DNA of 64,000 nt from a bacterium (GCA_963555815.3 CAUVWX020000002.1:544001-608000), one strand, 5' to 3'; shown: positions 1-9,272, counted from the first letter of the stretch. The notes: generated by a model not told the origin, from the sequence alone. Program-made: numbers and translations.

Positions 1-2
1 GC

Positions 3-902
3 AAGGGCCAAGGTGAGACGGGGAAAGGAGACCCCCGGGGTGAAGGGGAAGAAGAGATCTTCCACATGCCGGAAGAAGCGCCCGATGCCCAGGGGGAGGA
101 CACGGGGCCCAGGGGGGACGACAACTTCCCGAGCTATAGCCCCCACGAGGCCCTATCCGTCAAGGATTTTGGCAGTTTCAAGGGCGAAGAGGTGGAAGAG
201 ATCCGAAGGCTCATCGCCAAGCTGGCTCCCAAGCTGGCGACCCGCCTCGGCCGTCGCAAGCAGGCAACCCACCGAAGGAAGCTCATCGATCTTCGGCGCA
301 CCATCAGAAAGAATCTGCGCTACGGCGGGGAAGTGGTAAGGCTGTTTCACCGCAAACGGAAGATCAAAAAGAACGAGCTCGTTCTTATTTGCGACGTGAG
401 CGGCTCCATGGACGCCTACAGCCAGTTTCTGGTCCAGTTCATCTATGGGCTTCAAAACGAGATCCGGAACGTCCAAACGGCGGTCTTCAGCACCCGCCTC
501 ACAGTCGCCACCCCCCACCTCAAAGAGCGATACCTCCAAAAGGCCCTCGCCCGCCTGTCCGAGCGGGTCCACGACTGGTCCGGCGGGACCAACATCGAGG
601 GATGTCTCAAGACCTTCAACGAACGCTGGGGGAACATGATGGTGTCCAAACACACCACCGTCATCCTCATCAGCGACGGCTGGGATCGAGGTGACATTAA
701 GACGCTGGACCTGGAGCTTCGAAGGCTCCGAAACCGATGCCGACGCCTCATCTGGCTGAACCCCCTCCTGGGAAGCCCGGGCTACAAGCCCATCGACCGG
801 GGGATGCGGACGGCGCTCCCCTACATCGACAAGGGTTGCTTCCTCCCGGCCCATAACCTCCAGTCCCTCGAAAAACTCGTCGAAGTCCTGAGATTGAATT
901 AA
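3..902 (+). CDS. VWA domain-containing CoxE-like protein (5'-truncated by window edge)
   Basis: Frame is open from nt 3. Contains IDLRRTIR, MIDAS motif DVSGSM, WSGGTNI, ISDGWDRG and WLNPL, all typical of CoxE/VWA proteins. Confidence 0.85.
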   Translation, partial: KGQGETGKGDPRGEGEEEIFHMPEEAPDAQGEDTGPRGDDNFPSYSPHEALSVKDFGSFKGEEVEEIRRLIAKLAPKLATRLGRRKQATHRRKLIDLRRTIRKNLRYGGEVVRLFHRKRKIKKNELVLICDVSGSMDAYSQFLVQFIYGLQNEIRNVQTAVFSTRLTVATPHLKERYLQKALARLSERVHDWSGGTNIEGCLKTFNERWGNMMVSKHTTVILISDGWDRGDIKTLDLELRRLRNRCRRLIWLNPLLGSPGYKPIDRGMRTALPYIDKGCFLPAHNLQSLEKLVEVLRLN

Positions 903-966
903 GAAGCCCCGATGGTGGAGGGCTTGCACCCCCTTGGTCTGAGACGATGAGACGAGGGAGGCGGTA

Positions 967-2682
967 TTAATTCAGCCAGAAGGTCATGCCCGCATACGGA
1001 CTGGTGATAAAGCGATCCAGGTGGGCAAACTCGCGGTCAAAGAGGCGGACAGCTTCTGCGTGTTCCAGGTCCCGCCTCTCCCGCGGCTCCCTGGAATAGA
1101 TTCGGGCGAGGCGTTCCCCGTCATCAAAAATGCTCCCGGCCAAGTGATAGCGGTCCACGACCTCCTGAAGCTCGTCCAACACGGGGCCCTTCTCCAGTAA
1201 AACGATGTAATCCACGGGCGGGTCGGGCCGAAAATTTTCGAGAGCAAAAAGACGCTTCCGTTTCGGGTCTCCGCACTCGCACCGGACGGTCCCCAGGTAG
1301 AACTCGGCGAGGATCGGGTCGTCATTGATGTACACCCGGCTATCTGGCCCCCCATACTTGCGAATCCAGTAGCCAGCCGACTTCGTGCCCCGATATTGGC
1401 GAGTCCAGCCAAGGGCCCCCTGCCCTTCCGCCTTGACATACCAAGCCTGATTGGGAGTGGAAAAGAGGTAGTTCACCGCCAGGGCCCCCGAGGTCCCCTC
1501 GGCCAAGACCAGGACCGTCACAGCAACGGCGCCCCACCTTGCCCACCGACCATGTGAGCGCATGCCCCGTACCAGAAAGTCGGCCGAGAGGAGAAACACT
1601 GCAATTCCACACGTGGCGATGAGGTGAACCGGCTGGGCAGAGAAAACCCCCAGAAAGGGCAAGCCCAGCAGGATGGACCACCAGATCAGAAGGCCCCGCA
1701 CATTAAAGCGGACGAGGGCCGGGAGGTTTCGGAGAAATGCGGCCAGGGCGACGAGGATCAGGCCAAAGCCGAACGCGCTGCCGAAGACGCCGAGAGTGGC
1801 GGGCGTGAAGCTCATCGGCCGCCTGTGACCGAACGACCAGGCCAACAGGCCCACCAGCTCGCCCCGCCAGAGGGCCACAGCAAAGAAACCCAACTGAAGG
1901 ACAAGGACAATCAGAGGAAGTATGCCCCACCATATCAGGGCCGTCTCGCGTTTAAAGGCCAGCACTCTCTTCAGAGTCACCCGGCCCCCTTCGCCTGCGG
2001 CCTCCTGCCGCATGCGCATCCATCCGAAATAAACCAGCACCAGAAGCGTAAACGCAAACCCATTGTTGGAGAGCACCTCCAGGCTGAGCAGAATGCTCAC
2101 CAGGGCGGCCCAGATCCACGTCCGGGTGGAGAAGAGCCGCTCGGCGGCCAAAAAGAGCAACACCTGGATGAAGAAGATCCCCACCATGGGGTGATTGATC
2201 CGGGAGACGGCGATGTGGTAGGCGGCCAAGGCCCCGAAGAGGGTGGCCAGGAGACCCGTCTCTGCGTCGAACCACCGCCTTCCCAAAAAGTAGAGCCCCA
2301 GGAGGGAGAGGGTCCCGACCACCGCATAGGGGAGGAAGAGGAAAAACTCTCGAACGGGAACCCCAAGGAGGTTCAGGACGTTAAGGTTGATGAACTGGAT
2401 GAGGGGGGAGCTGGCCCCATTGTAATAGATAAAGAGCTGAGCCAGAAAATTCTCGATCCAGGGCCCCCCCGGCAGGAACCGGGCTTGGGTCAGGCGAAAG
2501 CCCGCCAGCAGGGGGTTGACTTCGTCATGGTTGGCGTCCACCACCCGGTCGAGACTGAACAGCCTCAGCCCGAAGGCCACCAGAAGCAGCAACACGAGGA
2601 GCCAGATCCCATATCGCTCCAGAAAGCGAGAGACCGCACCTTCTGTCCTGCCGGCAACTGGGCTTGCAGCCTTAAGGGACAC
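967..2682 (-). CDS. Polytopic GT-C glycosyltransferase (ArnT/PMT, GT39/GT83-like)
   Basis: 571 aa with many hydrophobic helices. N-terminal LRL...HDE motif and ArnT-like 'LYFLGRRWF...GLLA' segment. Confidence 0.65.
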   Translation of the reverse strand: MSLKAASPVAGRTEGAVSRFLERYGIWLLVLLLLVAFGLRLFSLDRVVDANHDEVNPLLAGFRLTQARFLPGGPWIENFLAQLFIYYNGASSPLIQFINLNVLNLLGVPVREFFLFLPYAVVGTLSLLGLYFLGRRWFDAETGLLATLFGALAAYHIAVSRINHPMVGIFFIQVLLFLAAERLFSTRTWIWAALVSILLSLEVLSNNGFAFTLLVLVYFGWMRMRQEAAGEGGRVTLKRVLAFKRETALIWWGILPLIVLVLQLGFFAVALWRGELVGLLAWSFGHRRPMSFTPATLGVFGSAFGFGLILVALAAFLRNLPALVRFNVRGLLIWWSILLGLPFLGVFSAQPVHLIATCGIAVFLLSADFLVRGMRSHGRWARWGAVAVTVLVLAEGTSGALAVNYLFSTPNQAWYVKAEGQGALGWTRQYRGTKSAGYWIRKYGGPDSRVYINDDPILAEFYLGTVRCECGDPKRKRLFALENFRPDPPVDYIVLLEKGPVLDELQEVVDRYHLAGSIFDDGERLARIYSREPRERRDLEHAEAVRLFDREFAHLDRFITSPYAGMTFWLN

Positions 2683-3961
2683 CGCTTGCCTCCTCCCTCA
2701 CCGCCCGCGCGTGGAGACCGACCAGGGCGACCAGCAGAAGCATCCCGCCGAGCCCCGGCCCCCCCCAAAGCTTCCAGGTGTCCAGCGCCACAGGAGGGGT
2801 CGCACTGAGCCACCAATCGATGAGGCGCATAGGGATGATGGGGCTCATCATAAGGTATGAGACGGCCAGGACGACGGCCCACGCCAGGCGCGTGCGGCGC
2901 TTGTCCGCTTGGCGCGACCGGCCCGCCGCCTCCCGCACCAGGTGGATGGCGGCCGCCGAAAGCCCGGGCAGCGCAAAGGCCAGATAGTAAGTTTGATTGC
3001 GATTCACCAGCATCGCCATGATCGTCAGGAGGAGCCCACCTTCCAGGGAGATTAAGCCGGGCCGCGTGGAGGGGAAGTACCGGATCACGTAGACCGCCAG
3101 GGCGGCCAGCACCGCCAGGTTTAGCCATCCCGCCCAGCGACGGACCCGAGCAGAGTCGCGGATCTCCAGAAAACCTCCCTCCAGCTGCCTCACGACAAAG
3201 GGACGCTGGAGCAGGTTCACCAAGGCCTGGTTATTGATGTGGGTCGTAGCGTGTCCCTGGCCGAAGGTCGTGACGCGATATTCCCGCAACGTACTAGACC
3301 GAGACCAGGGAAGCGCCGGCTGCAAGGCAAAAAAGAGCACGGCCGAGACCGCAACTGCCGCCCCCAAGGCTGCCCACCGCCGTTTCCACGCCAGGTAGGG
3401 AAAAAAGATGGCGGGCAGGAACTTCAGGGACACGGCCAGGCCGATGGCCACCCCTCCAGAGATTTGACGCCCCCAATAGGCAAAGGCCCAGACGATGAGG
3501 AAAAGCTCGAGAACCTCAATGGCACGCTGGCCGAAAGCCGCGTGAAGGGGCGTGAAGTTCAACCAAACGACTGCCACGAGGAACCACTCCCACCCACTCG
3601 AAAGGCGGAGCACTCTTCGTCCCCACAACCAAAAGGCAGCCACGGCGCTGGTCCACAGCCCAAGATGTGTCAGAAGGTCAATGACCCGGTAGGAGGTCAA
3701 GAAGGTCAGGGGGAAGGTGATCAGGTGGAACCCGGGGCCATAGTTCCACCACCCTTGCACGCTGACGTGGCCGGCGCCGAAGATAGCCTCCTGAAGAAGC
3801 AAGGGGTTATAGGACTGGACAAAAGGGCCGGGGAAGGCCGAATAAAAATCACCTATGATGGAGCGGGTGGGGGAGAAGATCCCACCAAAAGCAAATCGAA
3901 GAAGACTATAGGCCAGAAAAGCGACCCAGAGCGTCCGTGCCCACCTTTGGCCATCCACCAT
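2672..3961 (-). CDS. GT87/DUF2029-like membrane glycosyltransferase
   Basis: 429 aa polytopic protein with GGVAIGLAVSLKFLP and NNQAL motifs characteristic of GT87. Overlaps the downstream GT-C gene. Confidence 0.65.
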   Translation of the reverse strand: MVDGQRWARTLWVAFLAYSLLRFAFGGIFSPTRSIIGDFYSAFPGPFVQSYNPLLLQEAIFGAGHVSVQGWWNYGPGFHLITFPLTFLTSYRVIDLLTHLGLWTSAVAAFWLWGRRVLRLSSGWEWFLVAVVWLNFTPLHAAFGQRAIEVLELFLIVWAFAYWGRQISGGVAIGLAVSLKFLPAIFFPYLAWKRRWAALGAAVAVSAVLFFALQPALPWSRSSTLREYRVTTFGQGHATTHINNQALVNLLQRPFVVRQLEGGFLEIRDSARVRRWAGWLNLAVLAALAVYVIRYFPSTRPGLISLEGGLLLTIMAMLVNRNQTYYLAFALPGLSAAAIHLVREAAGRSRQADKRRTRLAWAVVLAVSYLMMSPIIPMRLIDWWLSATPPVALDTWKLWGGPGLGGMLLLVALVGLHARAVREEASGVP

Positions 3962-4185
3962 TTATGTCTCTCACAATTCACCCGCCCACCCCTCGCCCCG
4001 GCGGCTCGGCCATGGGAGAGACTGGCAAAAAAGCGGTTCAGATAATATCACCGAAGGGAGAAGATCACTAGAGGTGCAGACCGAGACCGGGAGTGCGTGG
4101 GGAAACTTCCGGGAAGTTGCGCGGCAACTGGGCAGAACTATATATTAGGGCATCAGTTGGATCTCCGTCACCCATGGGCCCACCT

Positions 4186-4882
4186 ATGGCTAAGCGTCCC
4201 CTCAAAGCCTTGCTCATCAGCCAGGACACAGCACTGGCCAAGGCACTGGGCCGCGCACTAGAGCCTCTGGGATTGACCGTCTTGAAGTCGTCGCCCCCCA
4301 TGGGAGCGCGAGAGAAGATCTCGTGGGGATCAGGGTTGAAAGGCGACAACTCTCTTCTCATCGTGGACGGTCGAGACTACCTTGCCAGCTTTCTCGGCAC
4401 CCCCTCGACGAACGGCCAAGCCCCCCCTACCCTCCTCCTGTTGAAAGGAGGAAGTCCTGTCGACGATCAGGGAACCCCTCCATGCGGATGAGGTGATCAT
4501 CCTGCCCCTTCGTCCTGGAGAGGTGAGGCTTCGGGTCGGACAGCTACTCGGAGAGCGGGTTTATGGTCGAAGACTGGGGTCTTCTCCCTCCTCTGAGGGA
4601 CCGGGCGACCTTTCGCTGGACGCCGACCGCTATGAGATCACCCTCGATGGGATTCCCCTTGAGCTGACGTATCTGGAATTCGAATTCCTCAAGTACTTGA
4701 TGACCCATCCCGAGCGGACCCTGACGCGCGAGCACCTCTTGAACCAGGTCTGGGGCGAGGATTACCTCGGAGGCACCCGAACGGTAGACGTTCACATCCG
4801 CCGCCTTCGGGCAAAGCTGGAGCGGGGAAACCGGGATTTCATCAAGACGGTTCGGGGGGTGGGATATCAGTTTCTGGTGTGA
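4186..4882 (+). CDS. GlnR-like OmpR/PhoB-family regulator with atypical receiver domain; +1 frameshift near 4444-4446
   Basis: C-terminal winged helix LTYLEFEFL...TREHLLNQVWGEDY.GGTRTVDVHIRRLRAKL. Removing one A at 4444-4446 joins ORFs 4186-4491 and 4493-4882 into a ~231 aa protein (PTLLLLKEEVLSTIREPLHADEVIILP). Lies directly upstream of glnA. Confidence 0.75.
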
Positions 4883-4906
4883 GAGGCCCTTTTGGAAACA
4901 GTCGAT

Positions 4907-4960
4907 TTAACACAAATTTAATCTCCTCGTAACCTCCCTGAAATATTCTCCTCTTAGACT
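4907..4960 (+). promoter_or_regulatory. GlnR-box-like direct repeats plus -10 element of the glnA promoter
   Basis: TTAAC-n6-TTAAT-n6-GTAAC-n6-GAAAT at 4907-4944 (11-bp period), followed by TAGACT at 4955-4960. Confidence 0.65.
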
Positions 4961-5016
4961 GTAGGTGTGAGAGTTTAGGCGCCCGTCGCCCTAGAAAAGG
5001 AGGAGAAGCCTGCCCT

Positions 5017-6411
5017 ATGGCCACCCGGACGTCCCGCCGCGCGACTACCACCGGTCAAAAATCTCTTCAGGGCTCCAAACCCAAGGCGAAGGACAAGGAA
5101 TATGTCCTGCGCATGGTCAAAGAGCACAACGTCAAGTTCATCCGTTTCTGGTTCACCGACATCCTAGGGTTCTTGAAGAGCTTTGCCATGACCCAGGACG
5201 AACTGGAGCTCTCTGTGTACGAAGGGCAGGGATTTGACGGCTCCTCTATCCAAGGGTTCGCCCGCATTGAAGAGAGCGACATGGTGGCCATGCCGAATCC
5301 CGCCACCTTCCAGATCCTCCCCTGGAGGAATCGAGAGGAGGGTGGCGTGGCCCGGATGTTCTGCGACATTCTGAACCCGGAAGGCACGCCCTATGCGGGA
5401 GACCCCCGCCACGTCCTCAAGCGAAACCTGAAGAAGGCCGCGGACCTCGGATACACCTTTTATGTGGGCCCTGAGCTCGAGTACTTCTACTTCAAGAACG
5501 CCGAAGGGACTGAAACCCTGGACCACGGGGGCTATTTCGATCCCACCCCCCTCGATGTCGCCAGCGACCTTCGGCGGGACACGGTCCTCACCCTTCAGGC
5601 CATGGGGATTGATGTCGAGTACAGCCACCACGAGGTGGGCCCCAGCCAACACGAGATAGACCTTCGCTATGCCGACGCCCTCACCATGGCCGACAATGCC
5701 ATAACCTACCGCTTGGTGGTCAAAGAGGTGGCCCTGAAGCACAACGTCTACGCCACCTTCATGCCAAAACCCATCTCCGGCGAGAACGGCAGCGGCATGC
5801 ACACTCACATGTCCCTCTTTCAGGGCTCAAAGAACGCTTTTTTTGACACCAAGGACCGAGACCATCTTTCCCCGGTCGCGAGAGCGTTCATCGCCGGTCT
5901 GATGCGCCACATCCCCGAGATCACCTTGGTCCTGAACCAGTGGGTGAACTCCTACAAGCGGCTCACGCCTGGCTATGAGGCCCCCGTCTACATCACCTGG
6001 GCCCGGCGAAACCGCTCCGATCTCATCCGGGTCCCCGTCTATAAGCCCGGCAAAGAGCAGGCGACCCGCGTCGAGGTCCGCTCCCCCGATCCCGCCTGCA
6101 ACCCCTACCTCGCCTTCGCCGTCATGCTGGCGGCTGGCTTGGAGGGGATTCAGAAGGGTTACAAGCTCAGAAAACCCGTTGAGCGCAATGTGTATGACAT
6201 GACCCAGGAGGAAAGGAAGAAGCTGGGGATCGAGACCCTGCCCTCAGATCTCCATGAGGCCATCAAGGTGGCCGAGGAGAGCAAGCTCCTGCGGGAGTGC
6301 TTGGGGGATCACGTTTTCACAAAACTCCTGGAAAACAAACAGATCGAATGGGACCGCTACTGGGCCCACGTCTCCAAGTACGAGCTGGACAAGTACCTAC
6401 CCATTCTCTAG
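5017..6411 (+). CDS. glnA: Glutamine synthetase type I
   Basis: FDGSSI, GPELEYF, HHEVGPSQHEI, ATFMPKP, NGSGMHTH and RVEVRSPDPACNPYL motifs. RBS AGGAGGAG. Confidence 0.97.
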   Translation: MATRTSRRATTTGQKSLQGSKPKAKDKEYVLRMVKEHNVKFIRFWFTDILGFLKSFAMTQDELELSVYEGQGFDGSSIQGFARIEESDMVAMPNPATFQILPWRNREEGGVARMFCDILNPEGTPYAGDPRHVLKRNLKKAADLGYTFYVGPELEYFYFKNAEGTETLDHGGYFDPTPLDVASDLRRDTVLTLQAMGIDVEYSHHEVGPSQHEIDLRYADALTMADNAITYRLVVKEVALKHNVYATFMPKPISGENGSGMHTHMSLFQGSKNAFFDTKDRDHLSPVARAFIAGLMRHIPEITLVLNQWVNSYKRLTPGYEAPVYITWARRNRSDLIRVPVYKPGKEQATRVEVRSPDPACNPYLAFAVMLAAGLEGIQKGYKLRKPVERNVYDMTQEERKKLGIETLPSDLHEAIKVAEESKLLRECLGDHVFTKLLENKQIEWDRYWAHVSKYELDKYLPIL

Positions 6412-6448
6412 GGGTCTAGAAGGGATTCTCGACGCTTCAGGGCAGGTG

Positions 6449-6715
6449 TCAGGGCGAGACGACGTCCCCTTCGATGGGGTCGACCCGGACTCCCCGGGTC
6501 TCCAGGGCCTCGACGGCCCGCTCGATCTCCTCCGGCTGGCCGGTCAGCTCCAGCTCCACCCAGCCCGATTCGGCCGTCACGTTAGCCCTGCGGATGTTGT
6601 AGACCACCTGAAAGGCCTTTCCGATCTCGTGGATATAGGGCCTTTTCACCTTCTCACTGGGGAAGGTGAGCCGAACCCGGACCCTTGTCGCCGTCTCTTC
6701 TTTCACGGTCCCCAT
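6449..6715 (-). CDS. NIL domain protein
   Basis: 88 aa: VRLTFP..VKRPYIHEIG..F.VVYNIRRANV...SGWVELELTG. Confidence 0.8.
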   Translation of the reverse strand: MGTVKEETATRVRVRLTFPSEKVKRPYIHEIGKAFQVVYNIRRANVTAESGWVELELTGQPEEIERAVEALETRGVRVDPIEGDVVSP

Positions 6716-6729
6716 CCCTCCCCGTCGAG

Positions 6730-6972
6730 CTACGAGTCGAGGTCCTCCTTGCGGGTCTCCTCGGGGCGAACCCCCCTCGACTGAAGATAGGCCATGGCTT
6801 TATCGATCTCGCCCTCGCTCCCCTCTATCTCCAGGACTATCAAGCCCCGCTCGGCATTTACGTGCGCCCGGAAAACACTGGTGACGACCTCAAACTGGCG
6901 GCCCATCTCATAGATGATGGGCTCCTTGATGAGATCCCCTTCATAGGTCAGGGTGATGAACTTTTTGGCCAC
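6730..6972 (-). CDS. NIL domain protein (second paralog)
   Basis: 80 aa: ITLTY...LIKEPIIYEMGRQFEVVTSVFRAHV...GLIVLEIEG. Confidence 0.8.
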   Translation of the reverse strand: MAKKFITLTYEGDLIKEPIIYEMGRQFEVVTSVFRAHVNAERGLIVLEIEGSEGEIDKAMAYLQSRGVRPEETRKEDLDS

Positions 6973-6986
6973 AGCTTATCCCCCGT

Positions 6987-7418
6987 TCACAGGACCGCCA
7001 GGTTGTGTTCCTCCAAAGACCAGGTGCTGACGCGGTAACGCTTGGATCCACCCCCCTTTCCGTCCACCCCGACGATGATGTAGATCCATCCCTCCCAATC
7101 ACCCATCCGCTCCAGATCGGTGGGGGAGAGTCGGGAGGGGTGGTCCGGATGGGAATGGTAAAACCCCACCACCTCCTGGCCGGTCTCCCTCAGGGAATCC
7201 TGAAGGCGCAGGAAAGCCCTGGGGTCAATTTCATAGCGGTCCTGGGCCCGTTCCTTATTGAGATTCTCTGTGGGGCGGGCCTCTTCGATGACGATGCGCT
7301 TTTGGCCACCCCGGCGCCCTGCGCCCCCGACCAGAAAGCCGCAGCACTCATGAGGGTAATCCCGCCCCGCGTGACGCTTTAGGGCAAGGAGGGCCTTTTC
7401 CCTGATCTCGACGCTCAC
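6987..7418 (-). CDS. JAB/MPN+ (Mec/M67) metalloprotease
   Basis: YPHECCGFL and GFYHSHPDHPSRLSPTD (JAMM HxH-x7-S-x2-D). GTG start overlaps the upstream stop (GTGA at 7415-7418). Confidence 0.9.
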   Translation of the reverse strand: MSVEIREKALLALKRHAGRDYPHECCGFLVGGAGRRGGQKRIVIEEARPTENLNKERAQDRYEIDPRAFLRLQDSLRETGQEVVGFYHSHPDHPSRLSPTDLERMGDWEGWIYIIVGVDGKGGGSKRYRVSTWSLEEHNLAVL

Positions 7419-7714
7419 GGGGCCCGTTGCACGCGAGGTCGACCGCCGGCGATGGCGGGGATGATAGACACCTCGTCCCCGTCCTTCACAGGTGTCTTCT
7501 CGCCATTCAAAAAGCGGATGTCCTCGTCGTTGACGTAGACGTTGATGAAGCGACGGATCTCTCCGGAGTTGTCGTAGAGCCTTTCCCACAACCCCGGGAA
7601 CATCTGCTCCATGTTCTCGAAGAGCTCCCGCACGTTTTTCCCCTCCGCCTTGACATTGCTGGCATTCTTCGTCAACTTCTGAAGGGGCGTCGGGATCCGC
7701 ACCGTCACACCCAT
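7415..7714 (-). CDS. MoaD/ThiS-family (CysO-like) sulfur-carrier protein with C-terminal extension
   Basis: VRIPTPLQ...RRFINVYVNDEDIRF...GDEVSIIPAIAGG followed by RPRVQRAP. RBS GAAGGAGG. Confidence 0.9.
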   Translation of the reverse strand: MGVTVRIPTPLQKLTKNASNVKAEGKNVRELFENMEQMFPGLWERLYDNSGEIRRFINVYVNDEDIRFLNGEKTPVKDGDEVSIIPAIAGGRPRVQRAP

Positions 7715-7718
7715 AGAC

Positions 7719-8972
7719 TCATCCCTCCTTCCACTGGGCCGCAAAGGCCTCCTGAAATGCGCTGAACTTAGCCTCGATGGTGAGGGGTTGACTCACTTGG
7801 TCCTGGACGGCCTCCTGAGTCTTCAGCCCGTTCCCGGTGATAGAGATAACCGTTAGGTCCTCAGGACGGATCCTCCCCTGCTCCACCAGCTTCTTGGTCA
7901 CGCCGACGGTCACCCCGCCGGCCGTCTCCGTGAAGATCCCCTCGGTTTCGGCGAGGAGCTGTATCCCCTCAATGAGTTCAGGGTCGCTGACATCCTCTCC
8001 GTAACCCCCGCTCTCCCGGACCGTCTGGATCCCGTAGTAGCCGTCAGCGGGGTTTCCGATGGCGATGGATTTCGCAATGGTCTGGGGTCGAACGGGCCGG
8101 AAGAAATCGGCCCCCTCCTTGATGGCTGTCGTGACGGGAGAGCAGCCCGTGGCCTGTGCCGCGTGGACCCGAGTTTTGACCTCATCCACCAGACCCAGGG
8201 CCTTGAACTCCTTCATCGCCTTCCACACCTTCGTGATGAGAGAGCTCCCCGCCACGGGGACCACGATGTGGTCAGGGGTCCGCCAGCCGAGTTGTTCCAT
8301 CACCTCGTAGGCAAAGGTTTTCGAGCCATCCCCGTAATAAGGACGAAGGTTGATGTTGACAAACGCCCAGCGATAGTTGCCCGCAATCTCACTGCAAAGG
8401 CGGTTCACGTCGTCATAGACCCCTTTCACGCCGATGAGCGTGGACCCGTAGACCAGGGTCCCGAGCACCTTGGCCACCTCCAAGTCGTCCGGTATGAAGA
8501 TATAGCTTTTCAGGTTGGCCTCGGCGGCCTGGGCCGCCACCGCATTGGCCAAGTTTCCCGTCGAGGCACAGGCCACCGTATCGAAGCCAAACTCCTTGGC
8601 CTTGGTGATGGCGACTGCGACGACCCGGTCTTTGAAGGAGAGGGTGGGGCAGCAGACACTGTCATTCTTGATATAGAGATGCCGAAGACCAAGGGCCTCC
8701 CCGAGATTCTGCGCCCGCACCAGGGGCGTCATCCCCACGCTGAGACCCACGGTGGGCTCCCCATCAATGGGGAGGAGGTCCCGATAGCGCCAGATGCTGG
8801 GAGGGCCCGCCTCGATCTGCTCTCGGGAGACATTTTTGGCGATGGCCTCATAGTCATAGACGACTTCCAGGGGGCCAAAGCAGAATTCACAGACGTGGAT
8901 CGGCTCCTTGGGATATTCCCGGCGACATTCCTTGCATTGTAGCCCCAGGACATGGCCCACTGGCTTAATCAC
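7719..8972 (-). CDS. thrC: Threonine synthase-like PLP enzyme (fold type II)
   Basis: N-terminal CxxC..CxxC, PTLSFKDR (PLP lysine), CASTGNLA, SIAIGNPADG, ITGNGLKT. Confidence 0.85.
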   Translation of the reverse strand: MIKPVGHVLGLQCKECRREYPKEPIHVCEFCFGPLEVVYDYEAIAKNVSREQIEAGPPSIWRYRDLLPIDGEPTVGLSVGMTPLVRAQNLGEALGLRHLYIKNDSVCCPTLSFKDRVVAVAITKAKEFGFDTVACASTGNLANAVAAQAAEANLKSYIFIPDDLEVAKVLGTLVYGSTLIGVKGVYDDVNRLCSEIAGNYRWAFVNINLRPYYGDGSKTFAYEVMEQLGWRTPDHIVVPVAGSSLITKVWKAMKEFKALGLVDEVKTRVHAAQATGCSPVTTAIKEGADFFRPVRPQTIAKSIAIGNPADGYYGIQTVRESGGYGEDVSDPELIEGIQLLAETEGIFTETAGGVTVGVTKKLVEQGRIRPEDLTVISITGNGLKTQEAVQDQVSQPLTIEAKFSAFQEAFAAQWKEG

Positions 8973-9272
8973 CCCTTCCGAGAGCTCGCCCAGGCGGGCG
9001 GGCTAAAGACCTTCTCCGCCTCGCATTAGTGCGGGAAGGCTGATTGACCTGGCGCACAAGAGCCCGGACTTTCCGAATCGGCGCGCCCTTGCCGCTATTA
9101 TATTAATTTATCGGGCTCAAAATTCAATCCCGTCCTCACCCCGTTTGCCGGGGCCTCTCCCTTTTGGCTATCATGGAGAGCCCCGAAAGCGTCGGGGTTT
9201 CCGAGAAACGGCCCTTTGACAGACCCCCCGAAGGGCCCTTTTGGTTCACTTCGAGGAGGGCAGCGGTCCAAG

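Noticed and set aside
1624..2808. Long antisense or alternate-frame ORFs (e.g. 1624-2808, 30186-31316, 41469-42527, 58524-59729)
   Set aside because: They are shadow ORFs of well-supported genes in GC-rich DNA and show no motifs.
4483..4494. C-G-TGA-G at the end of ORF 4093-4491 as a possible CxU selenoprotein motif
   Set aside because: Read-through gives no recognisable protein. A +1 frameshift upstream restores a coherent response regulator.
9060..9074. Minus-strand GGAAAGTCCGGGCTC resembles the conserved 5' P4 motif of RNase P RNA
   Set aside because: Only ~90 nt remain before the thrC start, and no matching 3' conserved region was found.
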